DNA of 64,000 nt from Amoebidium appalachense (Eukaryota > Protista > Ichthyosporea): contig CAVNZM010000010.1 in the NCBI GenBank assembly GCA_963693365.1, positions 3,038,001 through 3,102,000 on the forward strand, written 5' to 3'. Position numbers and translations under genes: made by a program. The notes under the pieces are model-generated. The model did not search any database. It had not been told where the DNA came from and saw nothing but the letters and a program-made list of their open reading frames with translations. Shown here one piece after another: positions 57,444 to 64,000 of the stretch (position 1 is its first letter; every line of letters starts with the position of its first letter).

Positions 57444-57478
<35 letters not shown>

Positions 57479-58336
57479 CGCACACACGCACACACATAAG
57501 ACGTCCACTTGCCACACCCATGCACTAACTGCGACGCATGTACACAGACTTCAAACGTACACACAGGCTCTGCACGCCAAAAAAGCTGTGAAGAGTTCAA
57601 ACAGCCACAGCAGACTTGTACACTGGGGCCCACAGTGCGCCGGGGGGTGGGGGGCTGGCAGAGGCCGCTTTGAATATAGTCAAGGTTGTCATTTCTTATT
57701 TACTCCCTTGCCCAACATTTCCCTGTGGCCCCTGCAAAACTCATGGCGCCAACGTACGATTTTATTGGCCCGACACAACAGTCTGGAGAGTGACAGTCCG
57801 ATTGTATATGTTGGCGGCTTGCGTACACAGTCGAGAACTGACACTACCGCTGTACATAGACTACATTGTGTATCTTACTCCCGAGGTTTGCATCCTGATT
57901 GGTCGCCTGAACCGGAGACGGTGCAGGCTATTTTTGACAGCCAATCACGTTCATCTTTGTGACTGGAGCAGTGGAGCTCGAGATCTAAATACCATCGCAA
58001 GAGGCTTTGTACGTGGGCATGCGTGAGCTCCAATGATGCCCCTAACCTAATATGTCTACAACAAGAGCCAGAATAAAATTCAACCAAGAAGTAGAAAATA
58101 ATAATATTGAAACTCAGGCCTCTTTTTGCGAGCGTTTTCTCCAAGTCTCCCGCCTTTGTTTTCCGGCATTACTTAGGTATGCACGTGCACGCGCACCCGT
58201 TTAAATTTTTTGCGTGGGTGTGTGACTCCACGTGACTGTCATCGTTCAGCAGCCAATCATTTGCCGCCCTCATTGTGTATGTTTGGCCTCGTGGCGTATA
58301 ATACCGACACACACCCGTGAACTTGGGACCCTCACA

Positions 58337-58855
58337 ATTGACCAATATTAGATCTAATTGGGTCAAAAAATTGGGCCTAGAATCTGGGCCAAATACTATG
58401 ATCCAAGTGTTGAAAGTCAAGTTAAGACCGATTTTACTTAGAGAAGAGGGTTTGGTGTTCTAAGTGAAAATTTGGTAAATATAAAAACACGCAAAGTTTA
58501 TATAAGTGACTAGGGGTATCCGACGCCGCCTTCACTGTCAAAACAGGCCAAACCCGCCTGGACTTGGGCCCAGGCTGGTAGCGACCTGGGCTCACCCGAA
58601 TAAGCCTCTGGCCCGCTGTGATCGTGGTTTTTGCCTGTTAAGACCATGAAGAACGGGTCAGACACCATATGCTGCTTATATAAACTTAACGCGTTTTTAT
58701 TTCAACCAACTTTTTAATTATACACACAAAACCTGTTTTCTATTGTAGTTTTGGACTTTATGCACTTTAAATGACTTTGGATATGACCTACATGGTAGAT
58801 CTAAGCCCAACTTTTGAGTCGCCGCCGATCAATTATAGATCTGAAATTGGTCAAT
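58337..58855. mobile_element. Imperfect ~520-bp palindrome (foldback/MITE-like)
   Basis: ATTGACCAATATTAGATCTAATTG vs CAATTATAGATCTGAAATTGGTCAAT; TAAAAACACGCAAAGTTTATATAAG vs CTTATATAAACTTAACGCGTTTTTA; AACAGGCCAAACC vs GGTTTTTGCCTGTT. Confidence 0.65.
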
Positions 58856-59278
58856 ACCCAAAACCACTCACAGCTCTCACAGCTATAAAGGTCGCCCCCC
58901 CACCGTTTCTTTGTTTCAATCGCTGTGTGGCAGCCGGGGTTAAAGCCTTTTCTTGGATAACATATCTGATACAGAGTCGTGTCCAAGGCTTGGCGAAGTT
59001 GCCTTCAAAGGTGCGTGTACACACGAGCGTTCATGTTGATGGTGTATTCACGGAGAGTAGGTAACAATCCACATGTTGATCGATTGCAGCTTGGACCATA
59101 CGGGAATTCATAGCTACTTTACTTGGAATTTGATGAACACACCAATCCAGACATTTGCTTGCATGTCACCTCACCACACAGGCTGCACGGTGTGTTGAAT
59201 CTGCAGGCACACACACACTCATGTACACTGAGACACTGGTTTTTCTGCAAGCACGCATGCGGGCGCGACCGCGCGCGA

Positions 59279-59341
<63 letters not shown>

Positions 59342-59726
59342 CACACACGTGCATGTATACATGCACACACACGCACACATGTGCGGGGGCTTGCACCATA
59401 CCACAACAACCCTGTTTCTGCGACACACACACCGCACATCTCATTGCATGAAACCATATTCTGAATTCACACATGCTCACACCTGTTGGAACATGTCTGC
59501 TTGCAAACACGCTCGCACCAACACACTTGCACATGCAAGAATGTGCACACATGCAGGAATGTGCACGCATGTGCACAAATACATTCACACCTGCCCACCC
59601 ACCCACCTACACAAACATGCACAAGCACGCACACACATATACACCTGCATAATCGCACATGCAAGCCAACTAATTCAGTGAATCACATGATGCATCATAT
59701 AACACACACACACACGCACGCGCGCG

Positions 59727-59772
<46 letters not shown>

Positions 59773-60155
59773 ACGCAGGCACACGTACACACGCACACCC
59801 ACACATCGCGCACACACACACCGCATACACACACATATTAAAAGAAAAAGAAAAAAAAAATGTTAGATGCGCATGTAATGTCTACTTCGCACACATACAC
59901 CCGTTGACCCAAATACGGCACATGTATGTGAAGAGTGCTTAAGGAGCTCTTATCGAGCCAAGCAAACCATCCACAAAGGCGTCGACCTCTCGTCGCGGTG
60001 ACGGAGGCAAAAAATATTAGATTTACGTTAGTTGAAATCTGCAGCCAGAAAAATGGAAGATAGAGTTCCCCTTGAACCTGCGATGTTCTAATACATGGCT
60101 GGGCTCACAGAGAGCAAGCAACCAACATCGGAACCCCCTACCTTGCGCAGTGAAA

Positions 60156-61241
60156 ATGGTTGCGCGGACCATCAACGAGACCCTCATGGAGGTGGAGCAC
60201 ACACCACCCGTGCACAAGCGCATGCTGGACATCTTGCCGGGTGTGTCTGGTGGTGTGGCACGTGTCATGGTGGGTGTCACGGCCGCGTGTTTGTAGTGTA
60301 GTGCATGTTAGTAAACCGTGCCTGTTTGGTAGTGTCCAAAACGACATCATATGTGTTGCGCGCTCAGGCTGATGTGTGTGCACTTGTGGGCGGGTATGGG
60401 GCAGTAAATCAGCGACCCTTAGGCGTTTGCCAAATGGTAAAATGGTTTCTCTGGCGCCTTTCATTCTTCTGCCAGGTATGCACACAACAAAAACCAGAGC
60501 ACGGCTGTCTGTGTGTTGAAACCAATAGGATGACTCTTTCGCAAAATAGAAAACACATGTACGATTCAAGCAACACATGAAGTCTTATATACTGTTCCAA
60601 TGTATTTGCAGGTGGGACAGCCGTTCGACACCATCAAGACACGGCTGCAGGTGCTGGGCCGAGGCACTGCCCTTGCGGCCACCCTGCCGCCCTCACAGAC
60701 CTACAAGAACAGCTGGGACTGTGTGCAGAAAATGGTGTGTAAGGGAATCCGATGAATTGGGGTTGGTGTGTGAGTGCCTGGCCCACACGGGGGGGGGGGG
60801 GGGGGGGGGGGAGGGGGGGGGGGGGGGGGGGGGGGGAAGGGATACACAGCAACTAGTACTGTAGCACAAATTCACGCACACATTGGCGACCCCCCCCCCC
60901 CCCCCCCCCCCCCACCCCCCGCGCTCCTCCCGCCTATCTCCTGCCCTCCCTTTTCCCCATCTCCCCCCTCTCATATAGCCATTCCCCCCTCCCCCCTCCC
61001 CCCCCCCCCTCCCCTCCTCTCCCCCCCCCCCCCCCCCCTCCCCTCCCTTCTCCCCCCTCCCCCCCCTCCCTCCCCTTCCCCCCCCCCCCCCCCAAGGAAA
61101 AAAAAAGGAAAAGAGATGGGAGATACACACTCACACAGACGTACACCACAACACCACACACAAACACACACACACCACAGTGTCACACACAAACACACAC
61201 ATAAACAAACACGCAAACACACACACCAACACACACACCAA

Positions 61242-61320
<79 letters not shown>

Positions 61321-61463
61321 GGGGATGAGCGCATGTGCACTCCCACTTGCTATACTGCTTGGAAAGAGATTCTGAAGATAGCGTACTTTATACACCTTCC
61401 AATAAGTATTATCACATTGTTCGCATGTGCGCGCAAATGAACACACACGCGGCACGAACACAC

Positions 61464-61548
<85 letters not shown>

Positions 61549-61569
61549 CATACCATGACACAGCGCACA

Positions 61570-61600
<31 letters not shown>

Positions 61601-62916
61601 CAGAATAAATGTGGAGCAGAGGCAGGATTCGGTCCTGTGACCTCTGTAAGAGACAATCACTTCTACATAGTGGATCGACAGTAGAGAGGTTCGCAGGAAG
61701 TGGTTTGAGATCACGGATCCTCCGGTACCATCTGAGGATGGCCGGCTGCTTTATATACCTGAGCGAATGCCAGTCCGCGAATACATCGTCCAATAGGATT
61801 ACAGATACTATCTCAGGATAGATCGGGAATATGTACTAGCCAATAGGAAGAAAGTTATGTTTCCTGGCGTATGCGGCCCCAGGCGGTCCCCAAATACGCG
61901 GGGGCGGGATAGGCGGGAACAGGCTAAGTACGTGACTGGGAAGAGCAGGAATAAACAATAGACTTTTCTATCATAACAACACACACACAAACACACACCC
62001 AATGGTGGATGCCCCGGCACACAACAAGCACACCCTACGGCTCACACACGCACCCACACCTATCCACGTTTACTGCAGTCATTCTCATATACATAATTCC
62101 ATGCAGATGCGCACTGAAGGTTCCCTGTCGCTGTACAAGGGCACGGTTGCCCCGTTGATCGGTAACATGCTCTTGCTGGGCATCCACTTCCCCGTCTTCA
62201 CCCGCACCCGCCACTGGCTGCAAGCACAGCAACCTGACACCGCCTTCAATCCTGCACACATTCTCATTGCTGGTGCCGCAGCCGGTGGAGCAGGGTCACT
62301 CATATCTACCCCTGTAGAGTTGGTGCGAACAAAAATGCAAATGCAGCGAAGGGCAGCGCTGGGGTCAGGCACGGGTACACAGGGGGAGTGGTACCGGGGG
62401 TCTTTGGACTGCATGAGGAAGGTGGTGGCACGGCACGGGGTGAAGGGCCTGTACAGGGGGTTCACGTCCACCGTGCTCAGAGACATGCAGGGCTACGCAT
62501 GGTTCTTTCTGGGCTACGAGGCTACCACTCATTTGCTGGCTGGGCCGGGGAAGACGCGTGCGGACTTGCAGTACTGGCAGGTGATGGTGGCCGGGGTGGC
62601 GGCAGGGTTTGGGCTGTGGGGCAGCATGCTCCCTATCGACACGATCAAGTCCAAGCTGCAGGCAGACGACCTTGCAAACAAGCAGTACAGAAACACAATG
62701 GACTGCTACAGGCAGACGGTGAGGGTGGAGGGCCAGAAGGGGCTGTGGAGGGGCTTCAGTGCGGCCATGTACCGGGCCATCCCCGTCAATGCGGCTATAT
62801 TCCTGGCCGTGGAGTCCACCAGGCAGTTTGTCAACAGTGTGGATTTGGATGCATGCCGTGCAGAAACTGCCAGCCGCACAATAACGAAATGTGTGCATGC
62901 AAATAGAAAGGTTTAA
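60156..62916 (+). CDS. CCP1: Mitochondrial carrier (SLC25) protein, CCP1/LIP-36-like, 3 exons (60156-60269, 60612-60734, 62107-62916)
   Basis: Three PX(D/E)XX(K/R) signatures (PFDTIK, PVELVR, PIDTIK); phase-0 GT-AG introns. TINETLMEVEHTPPVHKRMLDILPGVSGGVARVM and RDMQGYAWFFLGYEAT match my recollection of Chlamydomonas CCP1; the family call is firm, the symbol needs a search. Confidence 0.88.
61609..61978 (-). mobile_element. Possible short solo LTR in carrier intron 2
   Basis: Unique ~370-bp block between (CA)n tracts with TGTTATG...CCACA ends and TATATAAA on the minus strand; no TSD found. Confidence 0.3.
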
Positions 62917-63969
62917 TGCTGAATTTTCGGCATATTATTAGATACATGTTTGTTTGCTGCGAGTGGCCTAGGGTTTGGGCAGAGGGTGAACGTGTACCTG
63001 ATTTAGGACAAATTTCAAGTGTTTGCTGCAAAACGGCACAAGAATGAATGCGACGGCCGGCAGAAGACTTGCCATGTAAAATACGAGCTCGCCATCGTGA
63101 GTATATTTGGGAGTGATTGTACATAACCTGTAGGAATCCCATCTTCTGCGTCCGCGAGACTTGATGCTATAGTTATTCTATAAATTTTACTGGTCGAACT
63201 GTGTCGCAACATGCAGTGATATGCCATCGTCAACCTTACTTTTCCCCAACGATTATACAGTTTTAACCTGTGCACGATAGTCAAATGATGTAACAGAGTC
63301 ACGGATGCCTTTCTTGAAGCTAACAAAGGTGGCATTCTGATAAAAAGTGCAGAATAAAAGGTGCACGTACATTCAGGGCCCTTACTACCACGAGCACGGT
63401 TGTTATTTTGCTGTAGCTCGGAAATCCGCTTTCAGTCGTTTTGCTGGATGTCTAGCTTATACAGTTCAGCTCAGGATCAAAATATCCGGGCTGGTACTAC
63501 GTAGGCGTCATTCATGCAGTATGTAGTGGTGTTTACGTAGCCGCGGGTGCGTATGTGTGGGTGCTTACACGATGGTATACAGTTGTGTGTTGTGTTGTGT
63601 TGTATGTGTGTGTGACACTGTGTTTATGTGTAGATTCAGGCCCAGGCTCGCCACGCAGACCTGCCCGTTCATCCGGGTTGTGTTTGTGTGCATATTCGCA
63701 CACATCTACACACGCACACACCCACACACGCGCACACGCACACACAAACACCACACACACACGCCAACACACACACACCCACGCACGCACAAACAGACAC
63801 ACGCACGCACGCACGCACACGCACACACGCACACACGCACACACACATGCACACACGCATACACACACGCGCGCCCACACACACACACAAACCCACGCGT
63901 ACGCACACCTACATACACATGCAGGACACACCACACCCACCCACAGTGTCACATACGCGCATGCACATG

Positions 63970-64000
<31 letters not shown>

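Noticed and set aside
61715-61750. CTGAGGATGG in the carrier intron as another ribozyme motif
   Set aside because: It forms a simple CCATC-TGAG-GATGG hairpin; no GAAAC partner or other motif helices are nearby.

Overview
Eukaryotic, intron-rich genomic DNA whose introns are packed with (CA)n/(GT)n and long G/C homopolymers, so most tracked ORFs are low-complexity artefacts. Five spliced host genes can be reconstructed: a chromodomain + SET H3K9 methyltransferase (SUV39H/Clr4 type, +), a class-B DnaJ (-), a histidine phosphatase/phosphoglycerate-mutase-like gene (+), a two-MRH-domain ER lectin (ERLEC1/OS-9 type, +) and a mitochondrial carrier (+) that closely resembles Chlamydomonas CCP1/LIP-36 as I recall it. 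The first 16.6 kb is a transposon cluster: a young full-length Ty1/Copia element with a 5-bp TSD, a related solo LTR, Helitron-like short elements and inverted repeats. The most interesting material is a family of Penelope-like retroelements (Naiad/Chlamys type, CxC linker) inserted in poly-C tracts in introns. Their 3' ends carry a ~160-nt structured RNA present in two divergent variants. Compensatory base changes between the variants support a fold holding all hammerhead core elements (CUGAGGA, GAAAC, GUU triplet, stems I-III) in a permuted, pseudoknotted order. This is a candidate new ribozyme architecture in a clade reported to lack canonical hammerheads. All calls are by eye; no database search, alignment or folding was run.
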